Shown: positions 26,480 to 36,355 of the stretch, piece after piece
Position numbering within the stretch: the stretch's first letter is position 1
Layout of the letters: each line of letters opens with the position of its first letter
Assembly (NCBI GenBank): GCA_013204395.1
Contig: JABMNZ010000026.1
Span: 13,421 to 77,420 of the forward strand
Source: Parcubacteria group bacterium
Lineage (GTDB): Bacteria > Patescibacteriota > Patescibacteriia > UBA9934 > GWF2-40-263
DNA length: 64,000 nucleotides
Direction of reading: 5' to 3'
The notes under the pieces: generated by a model
Database searches by the model: none
What the model was told of the DNA's origin: nothing
The model's input: the letters and a program-made list of their open reading frames with translations, nothing else
Translations under genes and position numbers: made by a program

Positions 26480-27208
26480 TCATGACTGGTCCAGCCAAGT
26501 CATGATGCGGTCGAGTGTTGGGCGAACTCTCTGGAAGTTCTCTGTGCAGATCAAGCTGTGGTCACCGGCGGTGCGCACGGTCTGAACGTCCTCGCCAGGG
26601 TAGGTGGCAGCAGAGACGAAGAAGTCGTTCTCTGGCACGATCGCCATCACTGGGCAAGGGAAAGGCTTTTGCCAGAGTCGAAGTGGTGGAAGAGCAAGCT
26701 GCTTCACGGCCTTGCAGGGTTCTCCATGCATGGCTCCCATGAGCTGCCGCTTGAAGGACGAGTCACCGTCTTCAGACGTTCCATTGAGCATCAGCGCGTC
26801 GAGCTGAGTTGGTGTGTCCAGTATCAGGTCGTGGCCGCGCAGGACTCTCCAGAGGGGCTTGAAGGCGATGGGGAGCGAATGTAGGAGGACCAGTATTCGG
26901 ATCCCGCAACGTTCTAGGCCGCTGATGAGTACTACCTTCTTGAAGAGGTTTGGACGCAGAGTCGCAACACCCCGAGCTGTCTGGGCTCCAGCGCTGTAGC
27001 AGATCGCGAAGGCCCCGTCTGGAACGTCTCGGAGCTTTGCTTCAGCATCGCTGACGTAGTCCTTGAGAGAGTGGCTACGGTAAGAGATCAGGATGATGTT
27101 CCAGTCCACGAAGTGACTGATCACGTGGCGGAACCACCAACGGACATACTTCTCGTTTCTGTTTCCCCAAGAGCCCGGAAAGAGCACTAGGTTTTGTCTG
27201 CCTCCCAT
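26480..27208 (-). CDS. Alpha/beta hydrolase
   Basis: CYSAGA elbow, ENDFFV, GDH; GGAGG SD. Confidence 0.7.
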   Translation of the reverse strand: MGGRQNLVLFPGSWGNRNEKYVRWWFRHVISHFVDWNIILISYRSHSLKDYVSDAEAKLRDVPDGAFAICYSAGAQTARGVATLRPNLFKKVVLISGLERCGIRILVLLHSLPIAFKPLWRVLRGHDLILDTPTQLDALMLNGTSEDGDSSFKRQLMGAMHGEPCKAVKQLALPPLRLWQKPFPCPVMAIVPENDFFVSAATYPGEDVQTVRTAGDHSLICTENFQRVRPTLDRIMTWLDQS

Positions 27209-27299
27209 GAATCCTCCGGAAAAAGGGTGACATGGGAGCGTAGGTAATTTTAGGGTTCACGTCAAGGAATATAAAGAAAAATGAGACTCCGTATGAGTC

Positions 27300-28868
27300 T
27301 CATGTCGAGTACTTTGCCACCAGGCCCCAGAGCTGCGAGAGCAGGGTGTTGGCCTTGGGGAACCGTGGATTTTTGCGGGCGAGTTGGTAGTTGCCGCCCG
27401 TGTAGCTGATCAGGTGGGCATCCACCAGTGATCGCATGGCTTTGACCAGCTGCCTTCGGCTGGTAAGTGACACGTGATCTTTCACCTGTCGCCACACCTT
27501 CTTGTCATCTCGCGATGGCAGGGAGTCTGCCGTTGCCAAACGCTCTCCAGTTTGCAGGAGCCCGTAGACAAGTACTGCGCTCACGAGATCTCCGTCCAGG
27601 TCCGGGAAGGACGCGCAAACGTTGAGCTCGGAGCAGAGTGCATCAAAATCTGCAGATGCTTGCTCGCCATCATCTTTGAAGTTGGGGTGATGGCGTTTGT
27701 TTCCGGTTGGTTTTTGTTCGACAGGACGAGTGGGTGGGGACGTGTTTGCATCGCCTGATGGGATTGCTTGCAGACGTGGCAAAACCGTTTCCGTTTTCAG
27801 GGCCTCTAGGGCTGCTTTCGCGGTCAGGTGATTGTTCCAGTCAGCAGCAGAGCCACCAATGTCCCAAAACTCCCTGAGCAGGCAGGGACGTCCGACTTGC
27901 TCCCATTGATCAACAAGGTGTCGTAGTAGAGCCTGGTCGTTAAAGGTATAACGGAGGAGATCTGGTTCCTGCAGGCAGAGCGTCAAACTCTCTTGCGTGA
28001 GATCTCCGCGCTCGATCATGAGAAGGGCCATGAGTCCACCCGTGAACGAGAGTTCCTCGATGACTTTGCGCAAGTCGACCCTTCTGAATCCACTCAGTCG
28101 CGCTGCTGTGAACAGCTCCCACAACCGAAGTGGACCGTAGATCTCTTCGTAGAACATGACCCTATCGCAGACGTCGCGAATCTCAGGGAACGAGAGAAAG
28201 AACTCAATGGCAAGTAGCAGTGCGTCAAGGTCCTGCGGGTCTGGAAGGACAGGAGGATTTTCACTGAGAATGATCCGCCGGTCTTTGGTCAAGGCCAGCA
28301 TGGCCGTTACGGCGATTAGGCGCTTCGCCTGCGGTCCGTAATTACTGTCCGATGTCTCGATGACGTCAAGCTTGTTTTTGCTCAGGTCACTAAGACGGTT
28401 CACGAAGCTTTGAAGGTTCCTTGTACTTGTGAACCTCAGACCAAACGTCTCTACGATGTGTAGAACGCTGAGTGTCCTGTCGAGGTCTTTGCCGAAGATG
28501 TCCGTAAGTGATGCCACAACGCTGTTCATCGTGGCCAGGTATCCACCACGCTTCATGGGGCCCACACTGAGCGTCATTCTCGTGAGTGCCGTCGTCAGAC
28601 ATTCAACTGAGCCGGGTTGGATTCCCTTGTCTTCAAGCCATTTGCGCCACGTGGAGGGGATGAGACGATCGTCATCCTTGATCATTCTCCATGCATGGCT
28701 AGAGGGAATGATGTCGATGTCCATTTCACGGCCAAGCGAGTGGAGTACACCATTACGACGCTGCCCCTTGTATCCGGGGATTTGTTCGAACTCTGCTGTA
28801 AGCCTGGGTTCGATGGTGAGACACTGGATGTAGCGGTATCCACGACTGGATCTGCCTTGCAGTTTCAC
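27300..28868 (-). CDS. Orphan protein, conserved C-terminal wHTH-like module family member 3
   Basis: TTGACG-17-TAATCT promoter (28944-28916), AAGGAGG SD; DFDALCSELNVC...GGNYQL..NPRFP; terminator GAGACTC..GAGTCTC. Confidence 0.8.
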   Translation of the reverse strand: MKLQGRSSRGYRYIQCLTIEPRLTAEFEQIPGYKGQRRNGVLHSLGREMDIDIIPSSHAWRMIKDDDRLIPSTWRKWLEDKGIQPGSVECLTTALTRMTLSVGPMKRGGYLATMNSVVASLTDIFGKDLDRTLSVLHIVETFGLRFTSTRNLQSFVNRLSDLSKNKLDVIETSDSNYGPQAKRLIAVTAMLALTKDRRIILSENPPVLPDPQDLDALLLAIEFFLSFPEIRDVCDRVMFYEEIYGPLRLWELFTAARLSGFRRVDLRKVIEELSFTGGLMALLMIERGDLTQESLTLCLQEPDLLRYTFNDQALLRHLVDQWEQVGRPCLLREFWDIGGSAADWNNHLTAKAALEALKTETVLPRLQAIPSGDANTSPPTRPVEQKPTGNKRHHPNFKDDGEQASADFDALCSELNVCASFPDLDGDLVSAVLVYGLLQTGERLATADSLPSRDDKKVWRQVKDHVSLTSRRQLVKAMRSLVDAHLISYTGGNYQLARKNPRFPKANTLLSQLWGLVAKYST

Positions 28869-29095
28869 GTGCACCTCCTTTCTCTACGCCTAACGTTGCC
28901 GTAGACGAAGAAATGAGATTAGTTGAATTGGACTCTACCGTCAAGGATTATAGGATCTGAAAAAAGGGTGTCAAAGTTGGAGAGAGGTCCTTCTGGTACC
29001 TTGAGTTCTCGCGCACTGGTCAGGAAATACGTTTCCGTATGTAGCGCACAATGTGGTCTTTTTCTACATGACGAGCTCGTGTACCATTGATACAT

Positions 29096-29452
29096 ATGTT
29101 ATTTAGCACCGTCATCCTTATAGCCTTACATACCTTCTTGGCCTGGATACTCATCGAGTCATTTGTGAATTTGTCTCATAAACTTGCACGTTCGACGTAT
29201 GTGCTTACGCACTACGCGGTTGTGGTGGGAACATTCAGCACACTTTTCGCCGTCTATTTTCGGTATTTTTCAGATGGAGTTTCAGTCTTTTGGGTGGTGG
29301 TTACCTCTCTTACCTTTTTATTGTTCTACGAGTTGGTAGTATTCCGGTATCTCTATAGTGGGGAACGATGGTTCTTAAACTGGACCGACTGGATCGTCCC
29401 AGTATTTTTATCCATGACCACTATTTATAGTGTTGGAAGATTAATGACATAA
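29096..29452 (+). CDS. Small 4-TM membrane protein (paralogue of 22998-23357)
   Basis: FRYLYSGERWFLNWTDWIVPVFL. Confidence 0.7.
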   Translation: MLFSTVILIALHTFLAWILIESFVNLSHKLARSTYVLTHYAVVVGTFSTLFAVYFRYFSDGVSVFWVVVTSLTFLLFYELVVFRYLYSGERWFLNWTDWIVPVFLSMTTIYSVGRLMT

Positions 29453-29456
29453 TTAT

Positions 29457-32120
29457 ATGGATAGATTTGGAGAATCACATAGTCGCCGTGAAACCAGTGG
29501 GCAGGAGTCAATTGGTGAGACACACGAAAACATTTCAGATGCTGAGACCCTTGGTGTCGAATCAAAAAATAATTCAACACTATTTGATCGATTTGAAGAT
29601 GTTGTCAAAGAACACCTAACTTCACACGGGAAGGGTCTTTTGAAGGATCGCTTCATTGAACTAGAATCAATGATTCCTGATACTGGTGTGTTGAATCAAC
29701 TTGTCGATGAGATAGTGGGTGATGCGCATCCAAGTTATATTCTTTCAAAAGTTCTTGAGTTAAAACTAATGGTTGCAGAACTCTATAAGAATGGTGCGGA
29801 AGGTTTTTCTTGGTTTGAAAAAGTTGTTGGGCAATTCTCCCCCGCTACAGCACTCCGTTTTCTTGAGCAGGCGGATCGTATCGGGGCCGAAAATGTGCGG
29901 CTTTTTATTATGGAACGAGGGGGGGAATGGGATGAACAAGATGAGTTCCGTGGGGCTATTTTAGAGGAGTTTTTTGTTGATTATAAAGTTGCCGCAGAAT
30001 TGTCAAAACAAAAAATCGCTGCGATGGTTGCGGAGAGGTTGGCTCAGAATAGGCCGCTGGAGATGCCGGAGCAAGATGGGGTAGATGTGTCTGTGGGAGT
30101 GGTACTTGAGATGCCTTCCCTTGAATTTGATCCAGCTTGGTATTCACTCGATGATAACAAGTACTACAAATTTACAGATGATCATGATGATTCAGATTAT
30201 GAGCTCCCTTCTGAGTTGAAAGAATATGCAAGATTGGCACGATCCCCCAAAAAAGGAGATCTGCTACAACTCTATGCGTCTTTAAAAGAAGGTGCAGTAG
30301 ATGATTCCACTGAATTACTTGAATCCGTGATTGGACTTGGGCCGATACCACCAGAAAAATTAATCAAAGTAAGAAAGGCGTTAGATTTAATGGCACAGGT
30401 TTGGGGACTCCAAGAAGGAGATTCTGATGAGGTGGAGAAGTTGAAGGGGAAGTTAGAAGGTGTACGTGACAATTCACGTTTACCACCATCATCTGAATCA
30501 TTTTCGTTACATCATCAAACGCTCGATCGATCAAGAACCATCCCCTCATTTGAAAATGCTTTGCAGAAGCAGATGATGGAGTCTCTTGTTGCCTCTGCGG
30601 TTCATCACGCTCGGGTAGATGATGAAAACTATTTGCAGATGGCTGAGACATTAATTTCAGCTGAGCGCCAGGCGAGGAAAATGTATAAAGAGGTTGTTGA
30701 TAAGGGGGTTCCTGTTTTTAAAGAATATGTACGTTGGGTAAACACTGAGGCGAAAGAGGCTAAACAACAGGGCCGTGAGTACCCAGGAGAGTTCTATGTT
30801 GGAAGAGACACGTATCAGACACTGTATCCAGCTGCAAAAGCCATGAGGTGGGGTGGTATGTCTGGGGGAGAAAAAAACCGACTCACCGTATTTGTGAATG
30901 TATCACGCCCCTTGTTGGCAAACATGAACAAGGGACAAGAGGCAAAAGAAATCATGCGCGCCTGGTTAAAACAAGAGGGGGTCACGCAGGAGATGTTCGG
31001 TATAGATGGTGGGTACTCTGGAAGTGGGCCCTTTGGAGTGTTTAGGTCGCTCGATCCAGGATTTTCGTATGAGCAGGGAGATGAGCAAATTCGCTTGTTA
31101 GAAACAGGTCAAGATGAAAGACGTTTCAATCTCGATAAGGATTATTATGGAGTTGTTGAATGGATGGAAACTTTGCCAAAGTTTACAGATAGGGCTCAAA
31201 AAATTGGTGCCACAGACATGGGAAAGTATTATGCACAATCAAAGGACCGTTCACCTATAGAGCAAATGTTGGCATGGACCGTTCAGCATGCTGTGTGGAG
31301 AGAGATGGTGCAGTTTGATCCAGAGAATTCACTTGAAATGTCTGGTGAGAAAGCGGCCTCTGGCAATGACACGTCTGATGATACACACCCATCCTCTACT
31401 TGGAAGGATGGTTTAGAGGTTCCGGATGCCGTGGCTTTATCCATGGAGCATAAGTATGGAAAAACGTTATTTTATGAAGATATTGGTCATGTCATGACGA
31501 GTATTGAGTGGAATGCTGCCACTAAAAGGTATGAGCTTAGGTTGGACTCTTGGGAGACTGAGGAGATTGCCATTGAACTTCCATTCGGGGTGACGCAAGA
31601 TCAGGTTAATGGCCTAATTCCTGATATACGCACGATCGTTGCAAATAAAAGAGTGACTCAAGAAGCACAAGATGCTTTAAGGGACCTTATTACTACGATA
31701 CCCGTTTTGGAGAAAGAGTTTCAAATTGATCTGAGTTTAAAAGCGTATTATTCAGATAGTTTTGGGTATGTTTCGATAAGCCAACCTGGTTATCATGGCC
31801 CAGCCTCTATCTTTTTTCAGGATTCAAATATTCTCTTGAAGTTGCCACAGTTCGTGACTTCTTTAGAATTACCAGGGATTTGGGCTGGAGTTCTTGAGAT
31901 TCTTGCCGAAGAAAACCAGAAAGAAGAAGGTGAATTGAGTGTTCATGAGAAGATTGTTGAGTACCTCTCCTATCTATTCCCTGGTGAAGAAATTGAGCAA
32001 GCATCTTCAACTTGGCAAGACTATGGGGGTCATGAGGAAGAAGATGGAGATTTAGATGTTGAGGATATGTATTGGATGGACATGGACGGTGAGCTAGATA
32101 TGTACGAGGGACAATGGTAA
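29457..32120 (+). CDS. Large acidic hypothetical protein with possible phosphoribosyltransferase-like central domain
   Basis: 887-aa ORF; FYVGRD..LY, VNVSR, GIDGGYSGS motifs. Confidence 0.7.
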   Translation: MDRFGESHSRRETSGQESIGETHENISDAETLGVESKNNSTLFDRFEDVVKEHLTSHGKGLLKDRFIELESMIPDTGVLNQLVDEIVGDAHPSYILSKVLELKLMVAELYKNGAEGFSWFEKVVGQFSPATALRFLEQADRIGAENVRLFIMERGGEWDEQDEFRGAILEEFFVDYKVAAELSKQKIAAMVAERLAQNRPLEMPEQDGVDVSVGVVLEMPSLEFDPAWYSLDDNKYYKFTDDHDDSDYELPSELKEYARLARSPKKGDLLQLYASLKEGAVDDSTELLESVIGLGPIPPEKLIKVRKALDLMAQVWGLQEGDSDEVEKLKGKLEGVRDNSRLPPSSESFSLHHQTLDRSRTIPSFENALQKQMMESLVASAVHHARVDDENYLQMAETLISAERQARKMYKEVVDKGVPVFKEYVRWVNTEAKEAKQQGREYPGEFYVGRDTYQTLYPAAKAMRWGGMSGGEKNRLTVFVNVSRPLLANMNKGQEAKEIMRAWLKQEGVTQEMFGIDGGYSGSGPFGVFRSLDPGFSYEQGDEQIRLLETGQDERRFNLDKDYYGVVEWMETLPKFTDRAQKIGATDMGKYYAQSKDRSPIEQMLAWTVQHAVWREMVQFDPENSLEMSGEKAASGNDTSDDTHPSSTWKDGLEVPDAVALSMEHKYGKTLFYEDIGHVMTSIEWNAATKRYELRLDSWETEEIAIELPFGVTQDQVNGLIPDIRTIVANKRVTQEAQDALRDLITTIPVLEKEFQIDLSLKAYYSDSFGYVSISQPGYHGPASIFFQDSNILLKLPQFVTSLELPGIWAGVLEILAEENQKEEGELSVHEKIVEYLSYLFPGEEIEQASSTWQDYGGHEEEDGDLDVEDMYWMDMDGELDMYEGQW

Positions 32121-32155
32121 TTAAATACCGGTAGGGAGACCTACCGGGTTTTTGT

Positions 32156-33094
32156 TTACGGGACAAGTGCCCGTGCAACACGTGTAAGCGTTGCTCGTCC
32201 TTCCAGACAGTCTCGCCATTGACGTGGGACGGCACCTGGACCGAGTGTGGCCCCGAGGATGGCGCCAGCCATCGAGCCGGTCGAGTCACTGTCACCTGAG
32301 TGGTTGACGGCGAAGCGGACTCCTTCCAGGTAGTCCGTGGGGAAGCACCTTGCTGCGTAGATGCCCATTGCCAATGCGTCGTCCGCATCCCAACCGCTGC
32401 CTATATTGTCCATGTTGCGACGTTCGTTTGCGCCAACAGGGAGATCCAGTACAGATGTTGTGATTGGAAGAGTGCTTCTTCCGATCCTGTTGATCAAGAG
32501 CCTCATGACAGCCAGGCCCTCATCGAGAGTCGAGCCATCACACAGGGAGCTGATCAGAGCGGCCATGGCCCCGCCGGCTGTGACAGCTTCGGACCCTCCG
32601 TGCGTCAAGACACTGACTTCCATGCCGATTCGGAATGCCTCGTCTGGTTTTCCCGCGAAGGCGATGCCGACGGGGTGTACACGCATAACGGATCCACAGC
32701 TGTCTGAGTTGTTCAGTGGATCCTTGAGGGTTCCACTGCGCTGTCCGCTCAGTGAGCCCATAGACGTGCCACCAGGAGATCGGTTCTCCCGTGGGTCTGA
32801 CTGAGTCAGATGCCAGCGCTTGAGTTCGTTCCAGACTCGTCCGCGAATGGATTCGGTAGAATTCCCATCCAGAGCTGAGAGGATCAATCCTTCGGCAACG
32901 GCGTGTGCCTGCTGAGTATCATCGGTGATGACACCTGGCGGCAGTCGGAATGCAGGTTGTAGATCCTGGACTCCGTTTGGTCCATATCGTTTGAGGATCT
33001 CTGCATGGCTAATGAATTCGACGGCGGCACCCAAGGAATCACCTCCAGCCCCGCCAAGCATGCATCCAATAGCACGATCAATGGTAGTCAACAT
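32156..33094 (-). CDS. ADP-ribosylglycohydrolase (DraG/ARH family)
   Basis: GDSLGAAVEF, TDDTQ, GSVMR, LTH, VNHSGDSDSTG. Confidence 0.93.
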   Translation of the reverse strand: MLTTIDRAIGCMLGGAGGDSLGAAVEFISHAEILKRYGPNGVQDLQPAFRLPPGVITDDTQQAHAVAEGLILSALDGNSTESIRGRVWNELKRWHLTQSDPRENRSPGGTSMGSLSGQRSGTLKDPLNNSDSCGSVMRVHPVGIAFAGKPDEAFRIGMEVSVLTHGGSEAVTAGGAMAALISSLCDGSTLDEGLAVMRLLINRIGRSTLPITTSVLDLPVGANERRNMDNIGSGWDADDALAMGIYAARCFPTDYLEGVRFAVNHSGDSDSTGSMAGAILGATLGPGAVPRQWRDCLEGRATLTRVARALVP

Positions 33095-33207
33095 GGTTTC
33101 CTCCTTTGCTTAAGCTGGATGTCGACCGTGAAACATAGAGGAAAAAACCGTTATTGTCAACCGAAAAAGGTTGACCTCACAGATGAGAGGGGTATCCTTA
33201 CGGCGCT

Positions 33208-34518
33208 ATGCCTGATGTATTTAAAGTTATGGGTGGTACCCCACTTCACGGGGAAATCACTGTTTCTGGCGCTAAGAACGCCGCGTCCAAGATGATGATC
33301 GCAAGCCTGCTCACCGATGAGCAGGTAGTTTTGTCTAATGTGCCACGTCAAAGGGAAACAGAAATTACGCTAGAGATTATTGAAACCGTTGGGGCTAAAA
33401 CTAGTTGGCAGGATCAAAACATTCTCGTCACTCAAACACAGGATGTGACAACAACGGCCGTGAGTAAACTTACGCGTAAGAACAGAATTTCAATTCTTGC
33501 TCTTGCTCCACTTTTACATCGAGCAGGAGAAGCGTTTGTTCCTGGCCCAGGGGGATGTCCACTCGGACCTCGGCCCGTGAACTTTCATATTGAGATTCTT
33601 AAACAGATGGGTGCACAGGTTGAGAATATCGATGACGGATATCATGCACATGTCACAGGACGTTTACAGGGAGCTGTGATTGAACTTGATTATCCATCTG
33701 TGGGAGCAACTGAGACCGCTATCTTGGCTGGAGTGCTTGCCAATGGCCGAACAACAATTCGAAATGCTGCCGGAGAGCCAGAGGTGAAAGAGCTAATTAT
33801 GATGCTTCAGAACATGGGAGCGATTATTCAGGTGAATACGGGAAGGCACATTGAAATAATCGGCGTAGAAAAGTTGCACGGTGTGCAGGCTCGAGTCATG
33901 CCCGACAGAATGGAAGCTGCGTCGTTTGCTTGTATGGCCCTTGGGACCGGTGGCGAGATTTTTATCAGAGAAGCTGAGCAAACACACATGATCACTTTTT
34001 TAAATGCTGTGCGAAAGATTGGCGGCACTTATGAGGTGAGGCCTGATGGAATTTTGTTTCGTGGTACAAAACCATTTCATGGCATGGAGCTAGAGACCGA
34101 TACCCATCCAGGATTCATGACAGACTGGCAGCAACCGTTTTTGGTTGTGCTCACTCAGGCCAAGGGAACGTCTGTTATTCACGAGACGGTGTATGAGGAA
34201 CGATTTGGTTATACAGACGCCTTAAAAAAGATGGGAGCAGAGGTAACACTTTTTAGTAATTGTCTTGGAGAGATCGACTGTCGGTTTAAAGGCCGGAACT
34301 ATAAACACTCAGCCGTGATTACTGGACCACGGAATTTAAAAGCTGCGGACGTTGACGTACCAGACATCCGCGCTGGTCTGGCATTGGTGGTCGCTGCATT
34401 GGTTGCAGATGGAACGTCGACACTTAATGGTATCCATCATTTAGATCGCGGCTACGAGAGGTTGGAGGAAAAGCTGCGAGGTGTGGGAGCAAAGATTGAA
34501 AGGGTGGTAGAGAATTAA
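33208..34518 (+). CDS. murA: UDP-N-acetylglucosamine 1-carboxyvinyltransferase
   Basis: SGAKNA, PGGCPLGPRP, SVGATE, HPGFMTD, DIRAG, LDRGYE. Confidence 0.96.
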   Translation: MPDVFKVMGGTPLHGEITVSGAKNAASKMMIASLLTDEQVVLSNVPRQRETEITLEIIETVGAKTSWQDQNILVTQTQDVTTTAVSKLTRKNRISILALAPLLHRAGEAFVPGPGGCPLGPRPVNFHIEILKQMGAQVENIDDGYHAHVTGRLQGAVIELDYPSVGATETAILAGVLANGRTTIRNAAGEPEVKELIMMLQNMGAIIQVNTGRHIEIIGVEKLHGVQARVMPDRMEAASFACMALGTGGEIFIREAEQTHMITFLNAVRKIGGTYEVRPDGILFRGTKPFHGMELETDTHPGFMTDWQQPFLVVLTQAKGTSVIHETVYEERFGYTDALKKMGAEVTLFSNCLGEIDCRFKGRNYKHSAVITGPRNLKAADVDVPDIRAGLALVVAALVADGTSTLNGIHHLDRGYERLEEKLRGVGAKIERVVEN

Positions 34519-34551
34519 AAAAACACTCCGCATGTTGCGGAGTGTTTTTTC

Positions 34552-35262
34552 TTAGTAGGCAAAAGCCTTATTTAGTTCTTGGAAAAGTAGATCGATCTGC
34601 CCGACGTTACGCCTAAAGGGTTCGATTCCCATTGTGTCAGCTCGACTTATTTCATACTGAATGAGCAGGAAATCTTCCCAGTCAATATCAATCGCATTCA
34701 CATCTAATGCTTCAAGCGGTTCCATTAACTTCTTCTCCAGGAGTGTTTTGATACCGTCGCGAAATTTGGCACCAGTTCTGGATAGCAAGTTGATGTTATA
34801 TCCAAAGTAGTCACATGTCTGTAAAAGAGTAGCGAATACTTTTTTATCTGCATCGATTTTAAAGAATTCAGGATCAGTTTCTTCAATTTCACGAATTGCT
34901 TCTTCAGCCGCAGACGTTTTTGATGAGCGTCGATCACCATGCTCTTCTCCGCTTTTGTCTAGGTCGTGATAAAGTGCAACCATTCGCATTAGCTCAGGTA
35001 CATTGAAAGTTGTTCCATCTAAGGACATTTTAGACAGTTTGTCTGTACGAAGATTGGTTAGGACCAGTCTTGTGTGTTCTAAAATTGTTTTACCGTCAAT
35101 TTCGTGCCTTATATTTTCTAGATTCAAAACTTTCTTTCTTTTTAAATTCGCAGCAACAAATTGTTCCCGGTTGGAAATACTCATTCTGAACTCTGAATCA
35201 AGCATTTCCCCTCGTCGAAGTTCTGTTGGTTCCCTTGTTGGCATTTCTAGCATATTCAACAT
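34552..35262 (-). CDS. HD-domain-like hypothetical protein
   Basis: TILEHT...ALYHDLDK...RAD. Confidence 0.55.
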   Translation of the reverse strand: MLNMLEMPTREPTELRRGEMLDSEFRMSISNREQFVAANLKRKKVLNLENIRHEIDGKTILEHTRLVLTNLRTDKLSKMSLDGTTFNVPELMRMVALYHDLDKSGEEHGDRRSSKTSAAEEAIREIEETDPEFFKIDADKKVFATLLQTCDYFGYNINLLSRTGAKFRDGIKTLLEKKLMEPLEALDVNAIDIDWEDFLLIQYEISRADTMGIEPFRRNVGQIDLLFQELNKAFAY

Positions 35263-35313
35263 TGATCATGTTACGAGAATAGAATACCATCTTAGTGAAT
35301 AAGATATACATAT

Positions 35314-35829
35314 ATGTTTTCCACAAATGAATTAAGAGATCATGGCAAAGCTGGGGGCAGAGGTGAATGGAAGCGGATAGAGAAAAAAAATGCTTTGCAA
35401 TTTGAGATAACTGACGAGTTAGAAGAAGCTCAAGAAATTGTTGCAGAACTTCTTAGGTCCGGTGAAAAACCTGTGATCACTGTTCCAGATGAGCACATTG
35501 AGAACATAAAAAAGAATGGCATCCCACAGATTTCTCAGTACGACCGTTCTGGTATGGGTAAACATTACAGTGTTCTGGCTGGACGATTGGGGTCTGAACC
35601 GTATTTTAATGCCAAGGAGGAAAGATGGGTTGTGGTTATTGATCCAAGTAACCTTACTATTAGTCCAAGAATGACTGGTAAGGATGATTCATTTTACGGC
35701 ACGATTACAATTGATGGTCGTGTGCCAGCTGAAAGCATTACTGTTCTTGGTAAGTTTTCAAAAAAAACTTGGGCAGAGTATTCAGAGAAGAATGATAAGG
35801 AATCGGAGGTAGATAATTTGGCTGCATAA
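35314..35829 (+). CDS. Hypothetical protein
   Basis: 171-aa ORF with -10-like TAAGAT upstream; ends DNLAA. Confidence 0.6.
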   Translation: MFSTNELRDHGKAGGRGEWKRIEKKNALQFEITDELEEAQEIVAELLRSGEKPVITVPDEHIENIKKNGIPQISQYDRSGMGKHYSVLAGRLGSEPYFNAKEERWVVVIDPSNLTISPRMTGKDDSFYGTITIDGRVPAESITVLGKFSKKTWAEYSEKNDKESEVDNLAA

Positions 35830-35854
35830 AAAAAGAAGTCAATGGAAATTGACC

Positions 35855-36256
35855 TCAGCGCGTGTAGCTGTCACGACCTTCTCCAAAGACCTCCAGGGTC
35901 AGTGGGTTCCATCGCATGCCAATCCGTCCGGATGAGCCGTTGATGAGAACTGGAAGACCGAACATGAGTTGTTCGATGGCGTCGGAAGCTTCTGCGAAAG
36001 AGAAGTGGGTGAATTCCGTGTCGTCGCCGATAGGCACTATCTTGTGCCCAGATACGTGGCCAGTGGAATCAAGGATCACACCTCCACGACCATCGGCTTG
36101 GTAGCCGGCTAGTGAGAGTCGATCTCCAGTTGAGAACTGGCTCAGTACTCGAAGTTGATCCTTTCGAATCTCTTCAACTTCCTCCAGTTCACCTGTGGGT
36201 GCGGAGGAAACTTTGTCACGGTTGACGCCCGTGACAGTAATCTTAATCACTTTCAT
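35855..36256 (-). CDS. Hypothetical protein
   Basis: 133-aa ORF; TTGACA-17-GATACT promoter upstream. Confidence 0.6.
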   Translation of the reverse strand: MKVIKITVTGVNRDKVSSAPTGELEEVEEIRKDQLRVLSQFSTGDRLSLAGYQADGRGGVILDSTGHVSGHKIVPIGDDTEFTHFSFAEASDAIEQLMFGLPVLINGSSGRIGMRWNPLTLEVFGEGRDSYTR

Positions 36257-36355
36257 GACACCGTCCGGGTTGTGTTGGTTCAGTGGGCTGATGAGTATCT
36301 ACTAACTAAAGTATCTTGTCAATACTATGAGTAACATCCTTTTTCAGAAATCTAT

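Noticed and set aside
35812-35829. C-terminal DNLAA resembling an ssrA/ClpX degron or tmRNA tag
   Set aside because: It is the end of an ordinary ORF with no tmRNA structure around it; a single instance is weak evidence.
36293-36313. Second HisR-like box (..ACTAAAGTA)
   Set aside because: Only a half-site; left arm and spacing do not match the palindrome.
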